NCBI GenBank assembly: GCA_963669375.1
Contig: OY770024.1
Location: forward strand, 361,760 to 425,759
Reading direction: 5' to 3'
DNA from: Rhodospirillales bacterium
GTDB lineage: Bacteria > Pseudomonadota > Alphaproteobacteria > Kiloniellales > JACOMY01
Length of the DNA stretch: 64,000 nt
The notes beneath the pieces are model-generated. The model was given only the letters and a program-made list of their open reading frames with translations, was not told where the DNA came from and ran no database searches. Of the stretch, positions 30,539 through 40,053 are shown piece after piece. The first letter of the stretch is position 1, and each line of letters begins with the position of its first letter. The position numbers and the translations under genes are program-made.

Positions 30539-31461
30539 GCGTGACACCGCTCGACATCGTGCTTCTGAAGGGCGGACCCTCGGCCGAGCGCGAGGTCTCC
30601 CTGGTCACCGGCGCGGCCTGCGCCCAGGCGCTGCGCACGGCCGGCCACAGGGTCCGCGAGTTTGATTTGACCCGCGATCTGGGCGCGCTCTGCGAGGTGC
30701 TGACGCCCAAGCCGGACGTGGTCTTCAACGCCTTGCACGGCCGCTACGGCGAGGACGGCTGCATTCAGGGCGTCCTGGAGCTCTTGGAGGTTCGCTACAC
30801 CCACTCCGACCTGCAGTCCTCCGCCATGGCGATGGACAAGCCCCTGGCCAAGCGGCTCTTCTCCGCCGCTGGCATCGCCTCTCCTGAAGGCCGCATCGTC
30901 ACCAAGGAGGACTTCCGGGGCGGCGATCCCATGCCGAGGCCCTACGTGGTGAAGCCGCTGCACGAAGGCTCCAGCGTCGGCGTGACCATCGTGCGCGAGC
31001 GCGACAACCAACCGCCGATCACGGCGGAGACCTGGAGCTTCGGCTCCAGTGCGCTGCTGGAGCGCTACATCGAAGGGCGCGAACTGACGGTGAGCGTGCT
31101 GGGCGAGCGGGCGCTGACGGTGACCGAGCTGAGGCCCAAGATCGGCTTCTACAACTACGAAGCCAAGTACACCGACGGCAAGACGGAGCATCTGATCCCG
31201 GCCGAGATCCATCCCGAGATCTTCCGGAAGGCCATGGACGCGGCGGTGACGGCCCATCGGGTACTGGGCTGTCGCAGCGTGACCCGCGCCGACTTCCGCT
31301 ACGACGACACCAAGGGAGAGCCGGGAGAGCTCTACCTCCTGGAGATCAACACCCAGCCGGGCATGACCCCCCTGTCGCTGGTGCCCGAGCAGGCGCGCCA
31401 CCTCGGCATGGACTTCCAAGCGCTCTGCCAATGGATCGTCGAGGAGGCGATGTCCCGATGA
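30535..31461 (+). CDS. ddl: D-alanine--D-alanine ligase
   Basis: An ATP-grasp protein with [22 protein letters not shown] and [10 protein letters not shown]. Confidence 0.9.
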   Translation: MSVTPLDIVLLKGGPSAEREVSLVTGAACAQALRTAGHRVREFDLTRDLGALCEVLTPKPDVVFNALHGRYGEDGCIQGVLELLEVRYTHSDLQSSAMAMDKPLAKRLFSAAGIASPEGRIVTKEDFRGGDPMPRPYVVKPLHEGSSVGVTIVRERDNQPPITAETWSFGSSALLERYIEGRELTVSVLGERALTVTELRPKIGFYNYEAKYTDGKTEHLIPAEIHPEIFRKAMDAAVTAHRVLGCRSVTRADFRYDDTKGEPGELYLLEINTQPGMTPLSLVPEQARHLGMDFQALCQWIVEEAMSR

Positions 31462-32429
31462 GCCGCAAACCGCAAAGCAAGGCACCCAAGACGCGCAGCA
31501 GCCGCACCGCGAAGACGACGAGCGCCCCGCGAAAGCCGGCGACGAGCGATCGTAAGGCCAAGCCGCGCAAGAAGCCGACGACGGCGCGCACCAAGCGCGC
31601 CACCAAGCCGATCCGCCAGCCCAGCTATCGCCTGCGTCGCCTGCGCCGCCGCCTGCCGTGGCGCAGTCTCGCCGTCGTCCTCTTCGCCTCCGCCCTCCTC
31701 GGCGGCGGCCACTGGCTGTGGACAAGTGGTCATGTCGAGGCGACCTACGACGAGGCTGTGGAAAAGGCTTACGCCTTCAGCATCGATGCCGGCTTCGCGG
31801 TCACCAGGATCCAGATCGAGGGCCGCGTCCAAAGCGACGAGATCGGCATCATCGAAGCCTTGGAGACCGGTCACGGGGCGCCGATTCTGCGCTTCGATCC
31901 GGTGGCGGCCCAGGCAAGGATCGAGGCGCTGCCCTGGATCGAACAGGCGATCGTGGAGCGGCGGCTGCCAGGACTTATCGTCGTACGGATTTTCGAGCAG
32001 CGCCCGGCCGCGCTCTGGCAGTCGGAAGGTAAGTGGGCGGTGATCGACGAGGCGGGCAGTGTCATCGAAGGGGCCAGCCCCGCCGCCTTCGCCGAGTTGC
32101 CGAAGGTGGTCGGCGACGGCGCCGAACGCCATGTCGGCGAGATTCTCGACTTGGCGGAACGCCAGCCGGACTTGGCCAAGCAAATATATGCCGCGATTCG
32201 GGTGGGTAACAGAAGGTGGAACCTGCGTTTGCACTCGGGAATCGACGTCCGTCTGCCAGAAAATGATCCGATCACTGCGTGGGAACGCTTGGCACGGCTC
32301 GAATCCGTAGCGGATCTTCTATCGAGAGACGTCTCGGTCATCGACCTGCGTCGCGACGATCGTCTGCTGTTGCGCTTGTCGCCCGACGCGGAGATTCGCC
32401 CGCCCGAAGAACCCGGGCAGGAGACTTGA
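31458..32429 (+). CDS. ftsQ: Cell division protein FtsQ
   Basis: A basic N-terminal tail is followed by one TM helix and a POTRA-like region. The position between ddl and ftsA fits. There is an ATGA overlap with ddl. Confidence 0.8.
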   Translation: MSRKPQSKAPKTRSSRTAKTTSAPRKPATSDRKAKPRKKPTTARTKRATKPIRQPSYRLRRLRRRLPWRSLAVVLFASALLGGGHWLWTSGHVEATYDEAVEKAYAFSIDAGFAVTRIQIEGRVQSDEIGIIEALETGHGAPILRFDPVAAQARIEALPWIEQAIVERRLPGLIVVRIFEQRPAALWQSEGKWAVIDEAGSVIEGASPAAFAELPKVVGDGAERHVGEILDLAERQPDLAKQIYAAIRVGNRRWNLRLHSGIDVRLPENDPITAWERLARLESVADLLSRDVSVIDLRRDDRLLLRLSPDAEIRPPEEPGQET

Positions 32430-32432
32430 GAC

Positions 32433-33707
32433 TTGGTGGAGCGGATGAAGAGAGCCTTGGGACGTACGCGAAGCAGTTTGGTCGCCGCCTTGGATGTCGG
32501 CTCGACCAAGACCTGCTGCTTCCTGTCCGAGGTCGGCGAGGATCTGCGCCCCCGCGTCATCGGCATCGGCCAGCAGGCCAGCCGCGGCCTGCGCCACGGC
32601 ACCGTGGTCGACATGGACGCCACGACCCAGGCGATCGGCAAGGCGGTCCATTCGGCCGAGCAGATGGCCGGCCAGCAGATCGACGAGGTCTTCGTCAACA
32701 TCTCCGGCGGCAATCCGGCCTCGCGCACCCTCGGCCTCGACGTCGCCGTCAGCGGCCAGGCGATCTCGCAGTCCGAACTGGATCGCGCCATCGACGAGTG
32801 CCACTTTCGCGACGCCGCCGAGAGCGATCACAACGGCCGCCAGCTCGTCCACTCCATCCCGGTTGGCTATACCATCGACGGCAGCCGCGGCATCCGCGAC
32901 CCGCGCGGCATGTACGGCGAGCGCCTGCGCGTCGAACTGCACAGCATCTCGGCCGCCGCCTCGGCGCTGCGCAACCTCACCACCTGCATCGAGCGCGCCC
33001 ACCTCTCGGTCGCCGGCATGGTGGTCAGCCCCTATGCCTCCGGCCTCGCCTCCTTGGTCGAGGACGAGATGGAACTGGGCACCACCGTCATCGACCTGGG
33101 CGGCGGCGCCACCTCGCTGGCCGTCTTCTTCGAAGGCAACATCGTCTATTCCGACGTCCTGCCCGTCGGCGGCGACCACGTCACCAACGACATCGCGCGC
33201 GGGCTCTCCACGCCGCGGGTGCACGCGGAGCGGCTGAAGACGCTCTACGGCCACGCCATGGCAACCCTGGCCGACGAGCAGGAGATGGTCGACGTCCCGC
33301 AAGTGGGCGAAGAGGACAGCAGCGGTCAGCAGCAGGTCGCCCGCGCCGTCCTGGTGAACATCATCCAGCCGCGCCTGGAGGAGACCCTGGAGCTGGTGCG
33401 CAACCGTCTCGACGCATCGGGTCTCGGCAAGGTCGCCGGCCGACGCGTCGTGCTGACCGGCGGGGCCGCGCAGCTGCCGGGCCTGGGCGAGCTGGCCGCC
33501 CTGGTTCTGGACAAGAGAGTGCGGATCGGCCGGCCGATCCGGGTGCGCGGACTGGCGGAGGCGACGTCCGGCCCCTGCTACGCGACCTGCGCCGGCCTTC
33601 TGACCTACGCGCTGGCGGCGGACCTCAGCCGGCAACGGAACAGCCGCGAGGAGCGCGGCGACGGCCTCATCGGCCGTCTCGGACACTGGATCAAGGAGCA
33701 CTTCTGA
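32433..33707 (+). CDS. ftsA: Cell division protein FtsA
   Basis: An actin-like ATPase with [11 protein letters not shown] and [14 protein letters not shown]. The start is ambiguous: TTG at 32433, GTG at 32436 or ATG at 32445. Confidence 0.88.
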   Translation: MVERMKRALGRTRSSLVAALDVGSTKTCCFLSEVGEDLRPRVIGIGQQASRGLRHGTVVDMDATTQAIGKAVHSAEQMAGQQIDEVFVNISGGNPASRTLGLDVAVSGQAISQSELDRAIDECHFRDAAESDHNGRQLVHSIPVGYTIDGSRGIRDPRGMYGERLRVELHSISAAASALRNLTTCIERAHLSVAGMVVSPYASGLASLVEDEMELGTTVIDLGGGATSLAVFFEGNIVYSDVLPVGGDHVTNDIARGLSTPRVHAERLKTLYGHAMATLADEQEMVDVPQVGEEDSSGQQQVARAVLVNIIQPRLEETLELVRNRLDASGLGKVAGRRVVLTGGAAQLPGLGELAALVLDKRVRIGRPIRVRGLAEATSGPCYATCAGLLTYALAADLSRQRNSREERGDGLIGRLGHWIKEHF

Positions 33708-33837
33708 GCGATGCGCTAGGAGCTGCTCACAACGGAGACCCCGGCCGTTATCGGGGACACTCGGCCGACACCCCTCCCCCCCGACGGAGGTCGGCCAAAA
33801 CGCGAAAGGGGCGCCCTCGAGCCCCAGTGGAGGCAGC

Positions 33838-35724
33838 ATGAGTTTGAATTTGACCGTTCCTCTTGACGAGGATCACCTAAAGCCACGAATCACCGTGATC
33901 GGCACCGGCGGTGCCGGCGGCAATGCCGTCAACAACATGATCGCGAGCAACCTCTCGGGCGTCGAGTTCCTGGTCTGCAACACCGACGCGCAGGCCTTGG
34001 CTCAGTCGTCCTGCCCGAACAAGCTGCAGCTGGGTCGCAACCTGACCCGCGGGCTGGGCGCCGGCGCCAGGCCGGACATCGGCCGGGCGGCCGCCGAGGA
34101 GGCCATGGACGAGATCATGGCCGCGCTCGACGGCTGCAACATGGTCTTCATCACCGCCGGCATGGGCGGCGGCACCGGCACCGGCGCGGCCCCCGTGATC
34201 GCGCGCGCTGCGCGCGAGCAGGGCATCCTGACCGTCGGCGTGGTGACCAAGCCCTTCCACTTCGAGGGCGTGCACCGCATGCGGCTGGCCGAGACCGGCA
34301 TGAACGAGCTGACCCAGACGGTCGACACGCTCATCATCATCCCCAACCAGAACCTCTTCCGCATCGCCAACGAGAAGACCACCTTCGCGGATGCCTTCAA
34401 GATGGCGGACGACGTGCTGGAGGCCGGTGTCAGAGGCGTCACCGACCTCATGGTGCTGCCGGGCCTGATTAACCTCGACTTCAACGACATCCGCACGGTC
34501 ATGACCGAGATGGGCAAGGCCATGATGGGTACGGGTGAAGCCGACGGCGAAGGTCGGGCCACGGAAGCGGCCGAGGCGGCGATCGCCAACCCCTTGCTGG
34601 ACGACGTGTCCATGCGCGGCGCGCGCGGCGTCTTGATCAACATCACCGGCGGTCTGGACCTCACCCTCTTCGAGGTCGACGAGGCGGCCAACAAGATCCG
34701 CGAGCAAGTCGATCCGGAGGCCAACATCATCTTCGGCTCCACCTTCGACGAGAAGCTGGAAGGCAAGATGCGGGTCTCCATCGTCGCCACGGGCATCGAT
34801 TCCGAGGTCGATAGGGAGGGCCGCACCGGCCCCTCGCTCAGCCTCATCTCTAACCCGACGCCGCGCAGCGTGACCGCCAGCCCGGCGGCCGGCACCGCCG
34901 CCGCCTCGCCCCTGACCGCCGGCACCCAGCCCGGCGGCAGCGAAGGCGTGGCGGTCAGCGCCCGCTCGGACGCGGGCGCCAATCTGGGCGTACAGCAGCG
35001 GGTCGCACCCAACCCGATCAGCGCCCGGCACGCGGTCGGATCCGCGGCCTTGGCGGCCCAGGTGGAGCCCGAGTTGGACGAAGACCCCATGGCCGCCTAT
35101 GTCGAGCCGGCCCCGCAGCCGGAGCGGACGATCGAGGTCGATGCCGTCGAGCACGAGGAGAGCGAGGACGCGAGGGCCGACGAGGCCGAGGCCTTCGTGG
35201 CCGAGGTCGAAGCGCGTCAAGAGGGCTTCATCGCGCCGAAGCCGCTGGTGGCCGAGCAGCCGGCGCGTGCCGGCGCGCGCAACCGCCCCGACCCCTTCCG
35301 CGAGGCGGAGATGACCAATGCCGGTGGCGCTAAGGAGCCGCAGGATCCGGACACGCCGCGCGCGCAGGCGCCCGTCGCGCCGGAGCCGCGTCGCGCGCCC
35401 GGCCTGATCGCCCGCATGACCGGTGTCGCCCGCCTGTTCAACAGCGGTAGCGGCAGCGAGACTGTTGCAGAGCCGCCACAGCGCCAAGCTACTCCTGCTC
35501 CGCGGCCGACACGCCCGCAGCCGCAGCGTCGTCCCGTGCAGCAGGCCCCCAGGCCGCAAGCGCCGGTCGAGCGCGAGGCAAAGCGGGTGGACGCACAGCG
35601 CCAACGCCCAGCCGCACCTAAGGCGCAGCCCAGGCTGGACCTGGAGAAGGGACGCAAGGAAGCCGCGGTCGAGGATGACCAAATGCTTGATATCCCGGCT
35701 TTTCTGCGTCGGCAATCCAACTAG
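33838..35724 (+). CDS. ftsZ: Cell division GTPase FtsZ with long Pro/Ala/Glu/Gln-rich C-terminal linker
   Basis: The GGGTGTG tubulin signature is present, along with [15 protein letters not shown]. The C-terminal peptide is [11 protein letters not shown]. Confidence 0.95.
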   Translation: MSLNLTVPLDEDHLKPRITVIGTGGAGGNAVNNMIASNLSGVEFLVCNTDAQALAQSSCPNKLQLGRNLTRGLGAGARPDIGRAAAEEAMDEIMAALDGCNMVFITAGMGGGTGTGAAPVIARAAREQGILTVGVVTKPFHFEGVHRMRLAETGMNELTQTVDTLIIIPNQNLFRIANEKTTFADAFKMADDVLEAGVRGVTDLMVLPGLINLDFNDIRTVMTEMGKAMMGTGEADGEGRATEAAEAAIANPLLDDVSMRGARGVLINITGGLDLTLFEVDEAANKIREQVDPEANIIFGSTFDEKLEGKMRVSIVATGIDSEVDREGRTGPSLSLISNPTPRSVTASPAAGTAAASPLTAGTQPGGSEGVAVSARSDAGANLGVQQRVAPNPISARHAVGSAALAAQVEPELDEDPMAAYVEPAPQPERTIEVDAVEHEESEDARADEAEAFVAEVEARQEGFIAPKPLVAEQPARAGARNRPDPFREAEMTNAGGAKEPQDPDTPRAQAPVAPEPRRAPGLIARMTGVARLFNSGSGSETVAEPPQRQATPAPRPTRPQPQRRPVQQAPRPQAPVEREAKRVDAQRQRPAAPKAQPRLDLEKGRKEAAVEDDQMLDIPAFLRRQSN

Positions 35725-35783
35725 CGGAGGACTTTGCCGGGGGGTAAAGCCCCTTCGCTAGTGCTGCCACGAGGGCAAGCATA

Positions 35784-35822
35784 GGGCCGCTTTCGCAGTC
35801 TGCGGGGGCGGCCCTTTTCTTT
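35784..35822 (+). terminator. Rho-independent terminator downstream of ftsZ
   Basis: The stem is gggccgc (35784-35790) paired with gcggccc (35808-35814). It is followed by ttttcttt. Confidence 0.6.
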
Positions 35823-36029
35823 ACCAAGAAGTGCTCCGTAACATGCTGTAACAAAGAGTGATTGGCGGCTCGACCGGCAACTTAATACCTTCGCTTGAGA
35901 GAAACGGGGGGATGTGTTGTCGGCCACGCCGGCCTGATCAAGAAAGCGGCACCTAGCTTTATGCTTCTTTGAGGTAAGCCGACTGCCGGTGGGTGTGGTG
36001 AGGTAGTGTTGACGGAAGGCGATTCTTAA

Positions 36030-36968
36030 ATGAGCAAACTGCTCTCCCTACGCGAGGTGCCACAGAGGACTTTAGCTGCGCGCACCAGCGTTTCAGGCAT
36101 CGGACTGCACAGTGGCCTGCCGGTCACAGTGAGCCTCTGCCCGGCTCCCGCCAATCATGGCCTCGTGTTCCTGCGCAAGGATTTGGACGTGCGCATGGCG
36201 GCGCATTGGCGCCAGGCCGTGGAGAGCCCGCTTTGCACGACCTTGGTCGATGGCTCCGGCGAGAAGATCGCGACGATCGAGCATCTGCTCTCGGCGCTCT
36301 CCGCCCTGTCCGTCGACAACCTCCTGATCGAGTTGGACGGCCCCGAAGTGCCGGCCTTGGACGGCAGCTCGGAGCGCTACGTGGCCCTGATCGACGCGGT
36401 CGGCCTGAAGGAACAATCGGCGCCAAGGCGCGCCATCGAGATCCTTGAAGAGGTCTCGGTCAGCGAACCCGGGCGCAGCGCCACGCTGGAGCCGGCCGCG
36501 AGCTTCGAACTGGCCTTCGACATCGACTTCCCGGACCCGGCGATCGGCCGCCAGCGCTGGCAGGGCCACATCAGCGAGGACCTCTATCGCGAGGAGATCG
36601 CGCGGGCCAGGACCTTCGGGATGCTGGCCGAGGTCGAGGCCATGCGACGTCACGGCCTGGGCCGCGGCGGCTCGCTGGAGAACGCGGTGGTCGTGGATTC
36701 CGGCAAGGTCCTGAACCCCGGCGGCCTGCGCTACACCGACGAGTTCGTGCGCCACAAGGTCTTGGACGCGATCGGCGACCTGGCCTTGGCCGGCGGCCCG
36801 ATCATCGGGCGCTTCGTCGGCGAGAAGGCGGGACACGCGCTGACCCTGCGGCTTCTGAAGACCCTCTTCGCCAAGCCTGACGCCTGGCGCTGGGTCACCA
36901 TGGAAGAGCCCTTGGTGACCAGCGGCGCCACCCAGATCAGCACGCGGGCCGCGGCACAGCGCGCCTGA
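36030..36968 (+). CDS. lpxC: UDP-3-O-acyl-N-acetylglucosamine deacetylase
   Basis: The sequence reads RTLAARTSVSGIGLHSGLPVTVSLCPAPANHGLVF, ..TIEHLLSAL.., FVRHKVLDAIGDL. Confidence 0.9.
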   Translation: MSKLLSLREVPQRTLAARTSVSGIGLHSGLPVTVSLCPAPANHGLVFLRKDLDVRMAAHWRQAVESPLCTTLVDGSGEKIATIEHLLSALSALSVDNLLIELDGPEVPALDGSSERYVALIDAVGLKEQSAPRRAIEILEEVSVSEPGRSATLEPAASFELAFDIDFPDPAIGRQRWQGHISEDLYREEIARARTFGMLAEVEAMRRHGLGRGGSLENAVVVDSGKVLNPGGLRYTDEFVRHKVLDAIGDLALAGGPIIGRFVGEKAGHALTLRLLKTLFAKPDAWRWVTMEEPLVTSGATQISTRAAAQRA

Positions 36969-37049
36969 TCGGAATTGCCCTTGACACCTGGAGTACACCC
37001 TGTCGAATCCGCGAGTGCTCCAAGACGGACCCTCTGACGGTAGTGTCCT

Positions 37050-38771
37050 TTAGTCGTTTATGTCACTAAAGTGTATTCTGTATATTTCTTCAGCCATTCT
37101 CCTATATTGGCTGGAGTGATACGCTTTGAAATCAAACTCATCGATTCCTTTGAGCCTCTGAGAAAAGAACTCGAATGTCATTGGCTTACCGTTGCTGATC
37201 AATATTCGCAACGTTATCAAGAACGCATTAATATATGTAACAGTGAGCAGTCTATTAATGGGTAACTTACTCGTTGTCCACCTATCCTCACTCACATTAG
37301 TTTTCACCGCGCTCAAAAACTGGTTGATGGCACGCAAACAGAACTGAAGGTAAGTTTCCAGTACCCGATCCGACTCCCCTTTCAACAAGACCTCCTTTTC
37401 AGGGTGAGAAAACACTGAAAAAAGAGAGTCCTCACCGCTCAGCTTTATCAATGGCCCAAGCCCATAACTAACAATTGAACTTGTCTTTAGTTTGTTTTTA
37501 TCATAAAAATACCTTTGGATCTCGCCATTTAGGGGGCCGGTATTAGCCATCCGTTCAATCAGTTGACGCCCAATGGAGAGTGTACTTGTAGGCTTTAGAA
37601 GAACTTCTATTTCCTGTCTCAATGCTGAAGGTGCGTTAGTCTGATTAGCATTGATAGTCAAAAATAGACCCGCCTCAAAGCGCTCTATTTCACTATTCTC
37701 CAAATCTTGAGGATAAATTATACCAGTCACTAACAAATTCCGATGGTTTCGAAGATTGCGTATTTGCTCATCATCATTTCGCGACTCATAATAAGAGAAA
37801 AGTCTATGTTGACCATCTATAACGCCAATTGAGTTCGCTCTGAGTGGAAGTCGCACTTTCACCGGTTCAGTTTTGGTCAACGTGGTGACATCAATTGTTT
37901 GCCCACTTGACTGCTCTGGTTGAGCATCAGGTGGTAGGGTAACAACCATATTGTTTAGAAACACACGTTCGTCAGCGCGTAGCTTTTTCCGGATTGCCTC
38001 GACCTTTGCTCCACTCAACATCCTCTGATAGGCCTGCGGACCACTACGCCAACCGTCTCGCCTCAGTACATAAGCTCTCTTCAACAAAGCTGCAGCATCC
38101 GCATAAAAGCTAACTACTTTGTATCCATCCGGAAAACCTGATGATGACTCTGGCAGAACTGAGCCTTCATAGGTCTCAGCTGAGCCCTTTTTAGGAAAAA
38201 CTCCAGCTGTAGCAATCTCATCAGTTGGAACGTTCATAAATTCAAGCACCTCATCTCTACATGAAATCTTAATCAGACTGGATATTCTCTCGAAATACTT
38301 TATTACTGGATAATCAAAAAACACTATATCTGACGCCAAATTCTTAGTGGTTTCATCTGGCATATTGAGAGAGCAATAAACTATCTTCAATACGTACTTA
38401 TCTTTATGAAAAACAGACCCGAGCCTCTTACCAAATGTTGGAAATGTACTTCTTAAGCTCTCTACAAATTCTACTTTTGACGAAAGTATTTTCGAAAAAA
38501 GTATGCATTTCTTTATAAGATGACTCTTTATATCTTTTGTTTGAGATGTTGTATACTCGATTAACACCAATAGATTTTCGTACAGGAATGCATCATCCAG
38601 TTCACCTACTACGCCATCGAACACTAGTTCTTTTTCGGATATCTCGCTCACGCGATCAAAGCCGACGTTACGAAAAACTGAACGTACTACATTTTTGTGA
38701 TCTCTTTCTTTCTGTCTTTGCTTCCGCTCCTCTGAAGTGAGCTTTACTTTCCTCTTCTTCCTTTGTTTCAT
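37050..38771 (-). CDS. DGQHR-domain (DndB-like, ParB/Srx-fold) protein with extra ~200-aa N-terminal domain and polybasic N-terminal tail
   Basis: VIDGQHRLF (residues 317-325, nt 37803-37817 for DGQHR) and FLTINANQTN are present. They are preceded by a QAYQRML..VFLNNMVVTL segment typical of DGQHR/DndB domains. The N-terminus is MKQRKKRKVKLTSEERKQRQKERDHKN. Confidence 0.8.
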   Translation of the reverse strand: MKQRKKRKVKLTSEERKQRQKERDHKNVVRSVFRNVGFDRVSEISEKELVFDGVVGELDDAFLYENLLVLIEYTTSQTKDIKSHLIKKCILFSKILSSKVEFVESLRSTFPTFGKRLGSVFHKDKYVLKIVYCSLNMPDETTKNLASDIVFFDYPVIKYFERISSLIKISCRDEVLEFMNVPTDEIATAGVFPKKGSAETYEGSVLPESSSGFPDGYKVVSFYADAAALLKRAYVLRRDGWRSGPQAYQRMLSGAKVEAIRKKLRADERVFLNNMVVTLPPDAQPEQSSGQTIDVTTLTKTEPVKVRLPLRANSIGVIDGQHRLFSYYESRNDDEQIRNLRNHRNLLVTGIIYPQDLENSEIERFEAGLFLTINANQTNAPSALRQEIEVLLKPTSTLSIGRQLIERMANTGPLNGEIQRYFYDKNKLKTSSIVSYGLGPLIKLSGEDSLFSVFSHPEKEVLLKGESDRVLETYLQFCLRAINQFLSAVKTNVSEDRWTTSKLPINRLLTVTYINAFLITLRILISNGKPMTFEFFSQRLKGIDEFDFKAYHSSQYRRMAEEIYRIHFSDIND

Positions 38772-38789
38772 TTCACCACCTCAGGAAAA

Positions 38790-39746
38790 TCAGCCTGCAG
38801 CCTCTTTCCATTCTTTCGGCACTCTAGCAACGCTCTCTTTAGACCCAGGCCTACGTACTGGCTTGCCAATTGGTCGGGTGATCAAACGTCCAGCGATCTG
38901 TTCATCGAGTCTGTTCTTAGCTATCTCTATGTACTGTCGACAGCTATCGATCCCAATGCCCCACCTATCGTGCTTTGCTGCAGCAATCACACTAGTTCCG
39001 GCCCCAACAAACGGATCCATCACTACATCTCCAGGTTGAGTCAAGGCCAAAACACAACGTTCCACAAGCTCACTAGGAAACTGGCAGGGATGTATTGTTT
39101 TCTCGGGGTGGCTAGCTTTCACATTTGGGAGATTCCAAACAGGGTCAGTCTTAAACACTGTCTCTGGCTCGAACACCCAAAAGTCGGCAGGGTTCTTTCC
39201 TCTAGGATTGCCACTCGGCTTTCCAGCTCTTTCCCCTCGTGCCTGAGGGTGGCGTTTGCCAGGATAGATCTGAGGAACACGCACCGCTTCAAGATTAAAG
39301 ACATAGTTATCTGATTTGGTGAACCACAATACTGTTTCATAGCGCCCAGAGAAGCGCCGTGTCATGTGGTGCCCAAAATTAAAGTGCCAGATGATTCTGT
39401 TTCGTAACTTGTATCCTTTGCTCGCAATCATGTGATAAAAAAATGCATCCAATGGAAACACTTCCCCATCGACAACGTGATTTCCTACTTGCCAGCACAG
39501 ATGGCCATCAGCTGTGACCTTTTTGCATGTTTTCTCTAAGATTGGCTCAACCCACTCCAAGTATTCCTGTAGTGAGCGGGAGCAATCACGCTCGTACTCC
39601 TTTCCCAAGTTATAAGGCGGCGACGTGATAACAAGTCGACAAGACTCATCTTCAATCTTATCTAGTACATCCAGAGAATCACCATACACGAGATGGTGTT
39701 GCCGATTCCTTGTATTGCACCCAAGGAGCTTTGAACGCACTATCAC
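38790..39746 (-). CDS. DNA methyltransferase, beta-class (N4/N6 family); SPPY catalytic motif suggests N4-cytosine specificity
   Basis: Motif IV LVITSPPYNLGKEY is near the N-terminus and motif I VVMDPFVGAGTSVIAA is near the C-terminus. The start is GTG at 39746, or possibly 39740, after a GGGGGGAA site. The gene ends 18 nt upstream of the DGQHR gene. Confidence 0.85.
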   Translation of the reverse strand: MIVRSKLLGCNTRNRQHHLVYGDSLDVLDKIEDESCRLVITSPPYNLGKEYERDCSRSLQEYLEWVEPILEKTCKKVTADGHLCWQVGNHVVDGEVFPLDAFFYHMIASKGYKLRNRIIWHFNFGHHMTRRFSGRYETVLWFTKSDNYVFNLEAVRVPQIYPGKRHPQARGERAGKPSGNPRGKNPADFWVFEPETVFKTDPVWNLPNVKASHPEKTIHPCQFPSELVERCVLALTQPGDVVMDPFVGAGTSVIAAAKHDRWGIGIDSCRQYIEIAKNRLDEQIAGRLITRPIGKPVRRPGSKESVARVPKEWKEAAG

Positions 39747-40053
39747 TTCCCCCCAACCAGCAACGGCTGATTATTAAGTTCTTTTGTTTCTGATGATACA
39801 TACTGGTGTTCTACTACTTGAGCTAGCATCATTAACACCGACTTTTCTGGTTGCTATGTTTAGTAGACAGTGGGAAGCTTCCACACACAGCGCGCCTGCG
39901 CTCATAGGTGACGCACGCTAGTCCAATTCACGTACTAACAACTCGTGTCGCTCCTCGTAGCTACCATCAAAGCAAGTGCACCAGATGAGAACTTTCTTAT
40001 GAATTGTTCTTGATCTGATTCGCCAGCTAAAATTGCAGCCAACCCTATGCCCC

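Larger units (their letters stand above)
37030..40040. other. AT-rich ~3-kb genomic islet (probable horizontally acquired insertion) between lpxC and an MFS transporter gene
   Basis: Hand counts give 20/60 G+C at 37051-37110, against 36/60 at 36961-37020 and 40/60 at 40081-40140. The islet contains only the MTase and DGQHR genes. No integrase, tRNA or flanking direct repeat was found. Confidence 0.75.

Noticed and set aside
17015-35720. Many long shadow ORFs lie opposite or out of frame within the dcw genes. Examples are 17377..18549 (-), 19148..20500 (-), 20583..21920 (-), 21647..23290 (-), 24480..25514 (-), 25676..27079 (-), 27927..29564 (-), 30130..31725 (-), 32319..33839 (-) and 33877..35715 (-).
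   Set aside because: These are typical stop-codon-poor alternative frames of high-GC DNA. Their products are Arg/Ala/Gly/Pro-rich with no motifs. Each overlaps a gene with unmistakable conserved motifs in the cluster-consistent frame.
38737-39340. ORFs lie antisense to the methyltransferase or spanning the MTase/DGQHR junction: 38737..39039 (+), 38763..39314 (+, 183 aa) and 39119..39340 (-).
   Set aside because: They have no Shine-Dalgarno site and no recognisable motifs. They fully overlap a gene with clear methyltransferase motifs.
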